From Gemmatimonadales bacterium (lineage in GTDB: Bacteria; Gemmatimonadota; Gemmatimonadetes; Gemmatimonadales; GWC2-71-9), in the NCBI GenBank assembly GCA_046715295.1, contig JBKJZM010000167.1, positions 1 to 38,398 on the forward strand: a stretch of DNA of 38,398 nt, in the 5' to 3' direction. A model generated the notes under the pieces. The model was given only the letters and a program-made list of their open reading frames with translations, was not told where the DNA came from and made no database searches. The position numbers and the translations under genes are program-made. Shown here piece after piece: positions 16,217 through 24,824 of this stretch (position 1 is its first letter; each line of letters begins with the position of its first letter).

Positions 16217-17271
16217 GGGGAATGGGCTGGGCAGTCGCGGCAGTGGCCCTGGGCCTGGCCGTTCTCTTCGCTGGTCTGGAAGCCGCCGGCTTCGACGCGG
16301 AAGCCGGGCTCGGTGCTCTCTGGATGGGTGCCTTTGGCTCCTTGGATGCCTTCACCTCCAGCACGCTGGTGCGCGCGGTACCGCTCATCCTGATCGGTCT
16401 TGGCATCTCGGTGGCGTTCCGCGGCGGGGCGCTCAATATCGGAGCCGAGGGTCAGTTCTACGCCGGCGCCATCGCCGCGACCTGGGCCGGGCTCCATCTT
16501 GCCGGTCAGCCTGGTCCGGTCGCTGTCGGCGCGCTTCTGCTGGCCGCCGCAGTGGCCGGCCTCTGCTGGGTTGCGCTGCCGGTCTGGCTGAAGCTCCGGT
16601 TTGGCGTCATCGAAGTCATCAGTACCCTGCTCCTCAACTTCGTGGCCCTCTCCCTGGTCAGCTTCATGGTACAGGGTCCGCTTCAGGAACGCAGTCGCAT
16701 CTACCCTCAGAGTGAGGCAATCGCGGAGGCCGCGCGGCTACCCATGCTGACCGGCTCGCGGCTGCACGCCGGCCTGGTGCTCGCGCTGGCTGGCGGGCTG
16801 GTTCTCTGGTTTCTGTTCTCGAGGACGCTCTGGGGCTTCCGACTTCGCGCGGTTGGCATGGGCCCTCGTGCCGCGGAAGTCAGCGGGCGAATCGACAGCC
16901 AGCGCGTCAGCGCGATGGCGCTCCTCATCTCAGGTGCAATCGCAGGGGTGGCCGGCGGGGTTGAGGTGAGCGGGGTGTCGTATGCCCTGTTTCAGAACCT
17001 CTCGCCCGGCTATGGCTTTACCGGAATTGCGGTGGCCCTGCTGGGCGGCCTGCATCCCATCGGCGTCGTCATAGCCGGAATTCTCTTTGGCGCGCTCGAG
17101 GCCGGCGCAGGTGCGATGCAGCGCGACGCGGGGATACCGGCTGTTGCGGTGTACGTGGTGGAGGCCGTGATCATTATCGTGGCGCTGCTGGCCACCGTGC
17201 CGCGGGGGGGATGGATCAGTTTGCGCGCTGTGGTGAGAAAACGGATCGCCCCAGGCAAGGCCGCAGGATAA
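16213..17271 (+). CDS. ABC transporter permease (BMP/ribose-type, first subunit)
   Basis: Polytopic hydrophobic protein. GTGA overlap with the ATPase gene. NIGAEGQ motif typical of this permease family. Confidence 0.88.
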   Translation: MRGMGWAVAAVALGLAVLFAGLEAAGFDAEAGLGALWMGAFGSLDAFTSSTLVRAVPLILIGLGISVAFRGGALNIGAEGQFYAGAIAATWAGLHLAGQPGPVAVGALLLAAAVAGLCWVALPVWLKLRFGVIEVISTLLLNFVALSLVSFMVQGPLQERSRIYPQSEAIAEAARLPMLTGSRLHAGLVLALAGGLVLWFLFSRTLWGFRLRAVGMGPRAAEVSGRIDSQRVSAMALLISGAIAGVAGGVEVSGVSYALFQNLSPGYGFTGIAVALLGGLHPIGVVIAGILFGALEAGAGAMQRDAGIPAVAVYVVEAVIIIVALLATVPRGGWISLRAVVRKRIAPGKAAG

Positions 17272-18179
17272 TGGACACCGAGGTGCTCGTCGCCGGGTTC
17301 CTGGCCGCCTCCGTTCGGGTGGCCACTCCACTCCTGCTCGCGGCCACGGGCGAAACCATCACCGAGCGCTCAGGAGTGATTAACCTGGGCCTCGAGGGGA
17401 TGATGCTCGCCGGTGCCCTGGCCGCCACGCTGGGTGCCACGGCGTGGGGGCCATGGAGCGGGGTGGCCTGCGCCATCGGAGCCGGGATGCTGCTGGCAGC
17501 GGTGTTCGCGCTGCTGGCCGTGGGGGCGCGGGCCGACCAGATCATCTCCGGTACCGCGATTACTCTTGCGGCTGTAGGACTCACCGGCACCGTCTACCGG
17601 CAGGCATATGGAGCGGGCGGTGCCGGACTCAGCATTCCCACGCTCAAGTCCATCGCCATTCCGGGTTTCTCCCAGATCCCCGTCCTGGGACCGGCGCTCT
17701 TCGACCAGCCGGCGCCGACCTACCTCGCGCTGCTCGGCATGCCACTCGTCTGGTGGGTGCTCTTTCGTACCCGGCTGGGTCTGGCGCTGCGCGCCACTGG
17801 AGAAGGGGCGGTGATGGCCCGGGCGGCGGGAGTCCGAACCAATCTGATCCGTACCGGGGCAACGGTCATCGGCGGCGGGTTTGCCGGTCTGGCCGGCGCC
17901 AGCCTGGTGCTGGCTCAGGTCGGCTCGTTCGCCGAGGGAATGACCGCTGGTCGTGGGTACGTGGCGATTGCTATTGTAGTGTTGGGTCGCTGGCATCCGG
18001 GCGGGATTGCGCTGGGCGCGCTGCTCTTTGGCGTGGCAACGGCACTGCAGTTTCTGCTGCAGACCCTGGGGCTCGACACTCCCTACCAGCTTTTTCTCAT
18101 GCTGCCCTACCTGCTGACCCTTATTGCGCTGGCGGGTGCGGTAGGGCGGGTCCGGGCTCCGGCCGATCTGGGTAGGTGA
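17271..18179 (+). CDS. ABC transporter permease (BMP/ribose-type, second subunit)
   Basis: ORF 17211..18179(+). Start placed at MDTEVLVAGF (ATG 17271, TAATG overlap with the previous stop). NLGLEGMM motif, polytopic. Confidence 0.88.
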   Translation: MDTEVLVAGFLAASVRVATPLLLAATGETITERSGVINLGLEGMMLAGALAATLGATAWGPWSGVACAIGAGMLLAAVFALLAVGARADQIISGTAITLAAVGLTGTVYRQAYGAGGAGLSIPTLKSIAIPGFSQIPVLGPALFDQPAPTYLALLGMPLVWWVLFRTRLGLALRATGEGAVMARAAGVRTNLIRTGATVIGGGFAGLAGASLVLAQVGSFAEGMTAGRGYVAIAIVVLGRWHPGGIALGALLFGVATALQFLLQTLGLDTPYQLFLMLPYLLTLIALAGAVGRVRAPADLGR

Positions 18180-18189
18180 TCAATGCGGC

Positions 18190-18939
18190 TCAGCCTCGCG
18201 CGGAGGCGAGCGCATCGCGGGCCGCCACGATGGTTTGTCGCACCCGGGCCTTGAGCTCCGGAATGTCGCTGAGGGTGAGCCCGGCCGTCTCGACCGGCTC
18301 GAGCACGCGAACCTCAGCGTCAGAGCGGCCGACACGCCAATCATGCGTGCGCAGCGCGGTGCTGGTGCCGGATACGGCGAGCGGCAGGATCGGCACGCCG
18401 GCCTCGATGGCCAGGCGAAAGGCGCCATCCTTGAACGGGAGCAGCTCGGAGGTCCTGGATCGGGTCCCTTCCGGAAAGATCATCACCGATACCCGGTTAT
18501 CGAGCGCCCGGCGGCAGCGCTCCATGGCCTCGAGGGCGCTGGGTCCGACCCCGCGCTTGACGGGAATATCGCCAACCAGCCACATCGTCCAGCCCAGGAT
18601 CGGAATTCGAAAGAGCTCCGCCTTGGAAAGCCACTTCATTTCCCACGGCAGATGGCTGATGAGGAGAATGTCGGCGAACGATTCGTGATTGGAGACCACC
18701 ACAAAAGGCCTCCTCGGATCCTTCGGCATGGTGCCGGAATAGCGGAAGCGCCAGAACGGATTCAACGTCGCCATGGCCGGTCCGACCTTCCGAAACAGGC
18801 GTCCGGGGAAGTAGCGGCCGCGGTCGAAGGGCGCGGTGAGCAATCGAACGATCAGCAGTACGGGGAACAACAAGACTATGCTCAGAGCGAGAACGAGCCA
18901 GGCCCAGATCGAGACGATTGTTTGCCAGAGTCGCGACAT
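18190..18939 (-). CDS. plsC: 1-acyl-sn-glycerol-3-phosphate acyltransferase
   Basis: N-terminal TM segment, HX4D motif NHESFAD, and FPEGTRS motif. Confidence 0.9.
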   Translation of the reverse strand: MSRLWQTIVSIWAWLVLALSIVLLFPVLLIVRLLTAPFDRGRYFPGRLFRKVGPAMATLNPFWRFRYSGTMPKDPRRPFVVVSNHESFADILLISHLPWEMKWLSKAELFRIPILGWTMWLVGDIPVKRGVGPSALEAMERCRRALDNRVSVMIFPEGTRSRTSELLPFKDGAFRLAIEAGVPILPLAVSGTSTALRTHDWRVGRSDAEVRVLEPVETAGLTLSDIPELKARVRQTIVAARDALASARG

Positions 18940-19060
18940 GCCGCTCTATTCCGGGCTCGAGGAGGCAAGGTGTCTTGGGCGCGGACCGTCGCCGCGGCCG
19001 GGTAACCTTAGCGTCTCCGGGCTGTGAGGGACAAGAGGCCACCTCTTCCGCGAGCCATAC

Positions 19061-20191
19061 ATGACCCAAGATGGGCAGGTGATCGAGCCGGACGGCGGGC
19101 CTAACCCGGATTCAGCCGATGGCGAGTCAAAATTGGCGGGAATTCTGGGTGGGAGTGCCGACGTTCGTCATGTCTCCCTGGTAATCCTCACCCTGCTTGC
19201 AGTGCTCTACACGCTGCACTTCGCGGCGGCGTTCATCCTCCCGATCGTGGTGGCGATACTGCTGAACCTCCTCCTCAGTCCGGTCGTGCGATTCCTGGGC
19301 AACTATATCCACCTGCCGGTGCCGCTGGCGGCCGGGGTTGTGATGGTGGTGCTGCTTGGGGTCGTGGGATTCGGTGCCTATCGCCTCACCCCGGCAGCGA
19401 GCTCATGGCTGGCCCGGGCTCCGCAGAGCCTGGCGACGCTGAAGCGCAGGATCCAGCCGCTGAGCCGCCCAATGGAGCGAGTCAGCAAGGCCGCCGAGCA
19501 AGTCGAGCAGGCCACCGATATGGATAAGAAAACGCAGGAGGTCGAGATCAAGGGCCCCAGCCTCATTCAGCAGGTCTTCGGCGGAACCACGGCGCTCCTG
19601 AGCTTTGCCATGGTCGTGATCTTCCTCACCTACTTCCTTCTGGCCTCGGGTGAGCTCTTCCTGCAGAAGCTCGTCGGGGTATTGCCCCAATTAAAGGACA
19701 AGAAGACCGCGGTGCGCATCGTCCGGGAGACCGAGGCGCAGGTCTCGCTCTACCTGGTCGTCACCACCCTCATCAATGTGGGAGTGGGCGTGGCCACAGG
19801 TGTCGCCCTCGCGCTGCTGGGTATGCCGAACCCGGTGCTGTGGGGCGTGATCGCCATGGTACTCAACTTCGTTCCCTACATCGGCGGCCTGGTCAACACC
19901 GTCGTCCTGGCGCTGGCGGCGTTCCTCGCCTTCGAGGACACCAGCCGGGCGCTGATGGTCCCCCTGGTCTTCACCGTCATCAATATTCTGGAGGGGAACC
20001 TGATCACGCCCTGGGTCCTGGGGCGCCGGATGCGTCTCAACACGGTGGCGGTGTTCGTCGGGCTGATCTTCTGGTGGTACCTCTGGGGCATCACCGGCGC
20101 TATCCTGGCCGTGCCGATCATGGCCTCGATCAAGATCGCCTGCGATCACATCGCACCGCTGGCGCCGGTCGGCGAGTTCCTGGCCGAATAG
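19061..20191 (+). CDS. AI-2E family transporter (UPF0118, PerM/YhhT-like)
   Basis: Polytopic membrane protein with the family-typical LNFVPYIGG and ILAVP segments. Confidence 0.88.
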   Translation: MTQDGQVIEPDGGPNPDSADGESKLAGILGGSADVRHVSLVILTLLAVLYTLHFAAAFILPIVVAILLNLLLSPVVRFLGNYIHLPVPLAAGVVMVVLLGVVGFGAYRLTPAASSWLARAPQSLATLKRRIQPLSRPMERVSKAAEQVEQATDMDKKTQEVEIKGPSLIQQVFGGTTALLSFAMVVIFLTYFLLASGELFLQKLVGVLPQLKDKKTAVRIVRETEAQVSLYLVVTTLINVGVGVATGVALALLGMPNPVLWGVIAMVLNFVPYIGGLVNTVVLALAAFLAFEDTSRALMVPLVFTVINILEGNLITPWVLGRRMRLNTVAVFVGLIFWWYLWGITGAILAVPIMASIKIACDHIAPLAPVGEFLAE

Positions 20192-20194
20192 CGA

Positions 20195-20674
20195 GTGTGG
20201 ATGAGAAACGAGACTGGGCCGGCATGCCTGCTGGAGAGCGAGCAACAGGTGGTGATGGAGATACCGCTTGACGCCGACTGGTCCCGGGTCCGTCTGTACC
20301 GCGCCGGCTGCGGTGGCGCGTCCGGATGGCTTCGGCGGCTGGTCCTTCGAGCCAGCCGCAACCGGGCGGTGGCCCTGGGCAATCGGGTGTTCCTGCCGGA
20401 GCGATGCGATGGAGATCTGGGTGTGCTCGCGCACGAGCTGACCCATTGCGCTCAGTATCAGGCGTGGGGACCCGGGGTCTACTTCACCCGCGGCATGATC
20501 ACCCAGCTGCGGGAGCTGATCCACCGCACCCTCAGGGTGGGCTCGAGTCCGTACTCATATCGAGAGAAACCGGGCAAGCCGTTCAGGTCCTATGGAATGG
20601 AGCAGCAGGCCCAGATGGTGGAGGATCGTTTCAGGCAGAGCGCCGGCGGCAATCACCCCATCCCATCTGCCTGA
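20195..20674 (+). CDS. DUF4157-like putative zinc metallopeptidase-fold protein
   Basis: AVALGNRVFLPE...LAHELTHCAQYQ resembles the DUF4157 core (..I.F..g....LLAHELtHvvQ) and contains an HExxH motif. Starts 3 nt after the AI-2E gene. Alternative start at MEIPLD (20255). Confidence 0.6.
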   Translation: MWMRNETGPACLLESEQQVVMEIPLDADWSRVRLYRAGCGGASGWLRRLVLRASRNRAVALGNRVFLPERCDGDLGVLAHELTHCAQYQAWGPGVYFTRGMITQLRELIHRTLRVGSSPYSYREKPGKPFRSYGMEQQAQMVEDRFRQSAGGNHPIPSA

Positions 20675-21069
20675 TCCACCGTGTGGTGCTCCTCGGTATC
20701 AGGCATCTTGTCTTCCCACAGAGCCATCACGTTTCCGTCGGGGTCAGCCACCATGGCCATGATGCCCCAGGATTGCTGCGTCGGCTCGGTCGTGAATTTC
20801 ACCCCGCGGTCGTGGAGCACCCCGCAGAAGTGCAGGAGGTCCGGCACGAACAGGGTGATTCCCGTGTGCCGGCCGACGAGGGACTTGGCTTCCGTATGCA
20901 CCGCCGGATGCACGCTGAGATGGGTGTCGCCCTCCAGGAATTCCGCCCCGAAGGAGCCTTGTTTGGTCAGCGGCAGTCCCAGCTTGTCGCGATAGAACTC
21001 CACCGCGCGCGGAATATCGTTCACGAAAATGGCGATGCTGTGTAGAGACGGCATGGTCGGCGCGGTCAT
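20653..21069 (-). CDS. VOC (glyoxalase/bleomycin-resistance/dioxygenase) family protein
   Basis: ORF 20653..21258(-), trimmed to MTAPTMPSLHSIAIFVNDIPRAVEFYRDKLGL (ATG 21069) because the upstream part overlaps the DUF4112 gene. Has the C-terminal DPDGN motif. Confidence 0.85.
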   Translation of the reverse strand: MTAPTMPSLHSIAIFVNDIPRAVEFYRDKLGLPLTKQGSFGAEFLEGDTHLSVHPAVHTEAKSLVGRHTGITLFVPDLLHFCGVLHDRGVKFTTEPTQQSWGIMAMVADPDGNVMALWEDKMPDTEEHHTVDQADGMG

Positions 21070-21077
21070 CGCGGGGC

Positions 21078-21584
21078 TCACTGCAAGAGGTCCAGGACCA
21101 GTTTCGCTACTATCACACCGAGTGCTACCGCGCCAATGACCAACAGGATGAGTACCCCGCCCAGGAGCAGGAGTGTCTTCCGGCTTCCAGCCCTGGCGGC
21201 TCGGGGTTGTCCCACATGGGCTTCCAGCAGCGCCATGTTCTTCAGGTTCGACTTCCATGCCACGTCAAAGAGATCGCCCAGGATCGGAACCCAGCCGACC
21301 ACGGTGTCGAGGGCCACGTTGGCGATCATCCGGGTGACCACGGATCCTGGAGCGCCCAGGCGTGAGGCCTGAAGAATGATGTAGCTGGAGAAAAGCGCGC
21401 TCACTGCATCGCCCAGACCCGGCACCAGGCCAATCAGGGCGTCGAGACCGAAACGGTACCGGGTTCCCGGAATCGTAAATGCGTTGTCGAGCAGCCGGCT
21501 CATGCCGCGGAGCCGTTCCAGTTGCTTCGGCTGATAGCTGCCCACAGGGGGGGCTGACGTACGCTGGGCGACGGGATTTGTCAT
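21078..21584 (-). CDS. DUF4112 family membrane protein
   Basis: LDNAFTIPGTRYRFGLDALIGLVPGLGD....NVALDTVVGWVPILGDLFDVAWKSNLKN matches the DUF4112 signature. Trimmed to MTNPVAQR (ATG 21584). Confidence 0.8.
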   Translation of the reverse strand: MTNPVAQRTSAPPVGSYQPKQLERLRGMSRLLDNAFTIPGTRYRFGLDALIGLVPGLGDAVSALFSSYIILQASRLGAPGSVVTRMIANVALDTVVGWVPILGDLFDVAWKSNLKNMALLEAHVGQPRAARAGSRKTLLLLGGVLILLVIGAVALGVIVAKLVLDLLQ

Positions 21585-21634
21585 CACTGAATAGTAACGC
21601 TGACCGACCTCCAGGCGTGGCCGGTCGCAATGAC

Positions 21635-21856
21635 TCAGAAGAACCGGCGGATAAGATAGAACACGAGGTTCAGAAGGACCGTAATCACGATCATCGACGC
21701 AAACGGGATGTACACCCGCACCGTATCTCGCTCGATCCGGATGTCTCCCGGTAGGCGGCCGAACCATCCGAAGCCTCCCCACGAGACCAGCAACCCCACC
21801 ACCACGAGAGCGATTCCGAGCATGATCAGAAGGGAGCCTGCCGGCGATGGGCTCAT
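21635..21856 (-). CDS. DUF2905 family small membrane protein
   Basis: 73 aa, two TM segments flanking GRLPGDIRIERD. ATGA overlap with the upstream DinB gene. Confidence 0.8.
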   Translation of the reverse strand: MSPSPAGSLLIMLGIALVVVGLLVSWGGFGWFGRLPGDIRIERDTVRVYIPFASMIVITVLLNLVFYLIRRFF

Positions 21857-22302
21857 TCCATCAGCCCTTGCCGAACGGCGTGGATATAATCGGTATAGGC
21901 CGGAACCCCACCGATGGCCCTGACATCAGAGGCAATCTGCCCGCGGTGGTAGGCGGAGTGGATGACGACGTGAGTGAGAATATCCTCGACCGTATTGGTC
22001 CAGACCTCTCCTTTCGAGTTCGTGTAAGGGATCTTCACCGTGAGGGACTCAGGGGCGTCCAGATACTCCGGCCACAGTCGGGACAGCTCATCGAGGCGCT
22101 CGCCACAGGCGTCCAGATCGAGCTCGGGCCAGACCGGGACGGTCTCCGGGCGCCGGCGCAGGCGCGCCATCCAGAGATATTCGGCGCTGATGATATGGGC
22201 CAGCCACCGTAGGCTCTTTGGCGGCGCACTCTCCTTCAGCGAGCGCAGCGTTTCCCGATTGGCCCACACGTCATAGCGAAGAAGATTTCGCAGCTGCCGC
22301 AT
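21853..22302 (-). CDS. DinB family protein (putative thiol S-transferase-like four-helix bundle)
   Basis: ORF 21853..22521(-), trimmed to MRQLRNLLRYDVWAN (ATG 22302, overlapping the queG stop by 1 nt). Motifs Y..WAN, AHIISAE and HVVIHSAYHRGQ. Confidence 0.85.
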   Translation of the reverse strand: MRQLRNLLRYDVWANRETLRSLKESAPPKSLRWLAHIISAEYLWMARLRRRPETVPVWPELDLDACGERLDELSRLWPEYLDAPESLTVKIPYTNSKGEVWTNTVEDILTHVVIHSAYHRGQIASDVRAIGGVPAYTDYIHAVRQGLME

Positions 22303-23246
22303 CACTCCACCCTCACGGGGATGGCCGAACCGTAGGCAGCGCGAAAGTTCCGGCGCATTCCTGCCAGCCCGGGGCGCTCGAGCGGCGTATCTCCGAATCG
22401 GTCGCTGAACTCCTCCTCTGTCATACGCTCGAAGAAGTCCGACTCGGCTCCGCTCAGCGCGGCACTGGGCTGAAACTCGGGAGCACTGGTCGGCTGGGCA
22501 AAGCGCTGATTCCAGGGACATACGTCGTTGCAGATATCACACCCGAAGGCGTAACCCTGAAACCGCTCGGCCAGCTCGTCCGCAATGGGTCCCTTCTGCT
22601 CGATGGTGAGGTACGATATGCAGCGCGTGGCGTCGAGCAGTCTCGGCTCCACCAGGGCGCCGGTGGGGCAGGCATCGAGGCAGCGAGTGCAGCTACCACA
22701 GCGATCCATCTCCAAGGGCTCATCGACCTCGAGCGCGAGGTCGGTGAACACGGAACCGATGAAGAAGAACGATCCAGCGTCCGGCCGGATGAGCATGGTG
22801 TTCTTGCCGATCCATCCCAGGCCGGCCCGCTGAGCCAGCTCCCGCTCGGGCACGGGCCCGGCATCCACGAAGCTACGGCTCAGCCGGGCCCCGCTGGCCC
22901 GAAGGAACTCAGCCAGCTGGTTCAGGCGCTCTCCTGTAGCCCGGTGATAGTCCCGGCCTCGTGCATATCTCGCGATGCGGGGGGCGGCTGATTCGTCCGC
23001 ACCATCCGCCGTGTAGTAATTGTCGAGCACCACCACCACGGCACGCGCCTCGGGAACAATCCCCCGAGGATCCTTGCGACGCGCCGCCTGCCGGTGGAGA
23101 TAGCGCATCGTGCCGGCATATCCCTTGGCGAGCCAGGCGTCGAGACGGTCGGCGTGCGCGGTCGGGCCCGGGTGGGTGATGCCGCAGGCGAGGAATCCGA
23201 GCTCGCGCGCGCGCGCCTTGACCACCTCGCTGAGACTCACGGGCAC
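22302..23246 (-). CDS. queG: tRNA epoxyqueuosine(34) reductase QueG
   Basis: Two ferredoxin-type clusters, CGSCTRCLDACP and CDICNDVCPWN, plus a C-terminal HEAT-like tail. Length and layout are typical of QueG. Confidence 0.9.
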   Translation of the reverse strand: MPVSLSEVVKARARELGFLACGITHPGPTAHADRLDAWLAKGYAGTMRYLHRQAARRKDPRGIVPEARAVVVVLDNYYTADGADESAAPRIARYARGRDYHRATGERLNQLAEFLRASGARLSRSFVDAGPVPERELAQRAGLGWIGKNTMLIRPDAGSFFFIGSVFTDLALEVDEPLEMDRCGSCTRCLDACPTGALVEPRLLDATRCISYLTIEQKGPIADELAERFQGYAFGCDICNDVCPWNQRFAQPTSAPEFQPSAALSGAESDFFERMTEEEFSDRFGDTPLERPGLAGMRRNFRAAYGSAIPVRVE

Positions 23247-24517
23247 CCCGTCTGGACGCCCGCGCTGGAGCCGGGCTCGACCTCAGTCATGATGAGCCGG
23301 GCGCCCCGACCGTAGGTCACATACGACCACGCCCACTGGATCATCACCAGAATCCGGTTGCGGAACCCGATCAGGAAGAAGATGTGAACAAAGGTCCAGA
23401 CCAGCCACGCCAGAAAACCGGCGAAGTGCAGCTTCCAGATGTCCGCCACCGCTCGTCCCCGGCCGATGACGGCAAGCTGCCCCTTATCCCAATAGCTGAA
23501 GGCACGTCGGGGCTGCCGGAGGAGATCGCCCTGGATGGTGCGTGCCGTGTACTGGCCCATCTGAATTGCCACCGGGCAAATGCCCGGTAATGGGCCGCCA
23601 TTCTGGTGGTTGAAGAATGCCGCATCTCCTAGCACGAACACCTCAGGATGCCCGGGGATGGTGCAGTCCGGCTCGACGATGGCCCGGCCCGCACTGTCCA
23701 GCGGCGTACCGAGACACTTGAGAATCGGGCTGGCGACATTGCCCGCGGCCCAGATGACTGTCTGGCTTGGAATGGTCCATCCTGCCGCCGCTACCGAGCC
23801 CGGCCGGATGTCGGTGACGAGCGTCTCGGTACGCACCTCGACCCCGAGCCGGCGCAGCTCGTGCTTGGCCTTGTCGCCGAGACTCGACGGGTACGAGGGC
23901 AACAGCCGGAGTCCGCCCTCCAGCAACAGCACCGTCGCTTCACCCGGGTCTATGTGCCGGAAGTCGCGCCGGAGCGCGTAACGCCGGAGCTCGGCCAGTG
24001 CTCCCGCCGTTTCCACCCCGGTGGGTCCGCCGCCCACCACCACAAACGTCAGGAGCGCATGGCGGCGCACCGGGTCGGGCTCGCGTTCGGCCTGCTCGAA
24101 GGCAAGGAGCACCCGCTGCCGGATGGTGACCGCGTCCTCGATGCTCTTGAGCCCGGGCGCAATTTTCTCCCACTCGTCACGACCAAAGTAGGAATGCCGG
24201 GCGCCGGTGGCGATGACCAGGTAATCGTAGGTCAGCTCTCCGCCATCCGTGAATATCACCCGCCGGGCCGCGGGGTCGATGGTCCAGACCTCGGCGAGGA
24301 TCACCTCGGCGTTAGACTGGTTCCGGAGCACCGACCGGATCGGCGCGGCAATGTCGCTCGGATTCAGCGCGGCCGTAGCGACCTGGTAGAGCATGGGTTG
24401 AAAGAGGTGATGGTTCCTGCGATCGACCACGGTGACTCGCACCAGGGCGCGCTTGAGCCCGCGGGCGGCATACAGTCCCGCGAAGCCGCCGCCGAGTATC
24501 AGGACGTGGGGCTTCAT
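23237..24517 (-). CDS. ndh: type II NADH:quinone oxidoreductase (NDH-2)
   Basis: ORF 23237..25045(-), trimmed to MKPHVLILGGGFAGLYAA (ATG 24517). Second dinucleotide fold VVGGGPTGVE. Hydrophobic C-terminal membrane-anchoring tail FLAWLVWTFVHIFFLIGF. Confidence 0.9.
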   Translation of the reverse strand: MKPHVLILGGGFAGLYAARGLKRALVRVTVVDRRNHHLFQPMLYQVATAALNPSDIAAPIRSVLRNQSNAEVILAEVWTIDPAARRVIFTDGGELTYDYLVIATGARHSYFGRDEWEKIAPGLKSIEDAVTIRQRVLLAFEQAEREPDPVRRHALLTFVVVGGGPTGVETAGALAELRRYALRRDFRHIDPGEATVLLLEGGLRLLPSYPSSLGDKAKHELRRLGVEVRTETLVTDIRPGSVAAAGWTIPSQTVIWAAGNVASPILKCLGTPLDSAGRAIVEPDCTIPGHPEVFVLGDAAFFNHQNGGPLPGICPVAIQMGQYTARTIQGDLLRQPRRAFSYWDKGQLAVIGRGRAVADIWKLHFAGFLAWLVWTFVHIFFLIGFRNRILVMIQWAWSYVTYGRGARLIMTEVEPGSSAGVQTGCP

Positions 24518-24774
24518 AGGCCCATGGTCTGGCGGCGCCACCGCGCAAAGCGGATGACATCCTCCAGCGGAGGGACGGCGTCCTCGTCGGCATATGCGGT
24601 GTACATCCGCCAGCGGAGGTAGGTGCGGTCCGGAAGCGGCAGGTACGGCGCTCGGGTCCACCAGCGTCGTGCGCGAAACGCCCAGGCCGTCCGCAACAGG
24701 TCCAACCCGAGGCGCGGGCTCAGGAGCCCTCGCCCCGCAAGCCGCCCCGCAAGTGACAGCCAGGAGTGGGACAT
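24514..24774 (-). CDS. hypothetical small Arg/Trp-rich basic protein, translationally coupled to ndh
   Basis: ORF 24514..24912(-), trimmed to MSHSWLSLAG (ATG 24774). 86 aa with G/C at most third positions. Its TGA overlaps the ndh ATG (ATGA at 24514..24517). I recognised no family. Confidence 0.55.
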   Translation of the reverse strand: MSHSWLSLAGRLAGRGLLSPRLGLDLLRTAWAFRARRWWTRAPYLPLPDRTYLRWRMYTAYADEDAVPPLEDVIRFARWRRQTMGL

Positions 24775-24824
24775 GGGCCAAGTATAACGGTATATTCCGC
24801 CTCTTATGACACTGACGGCGATCC

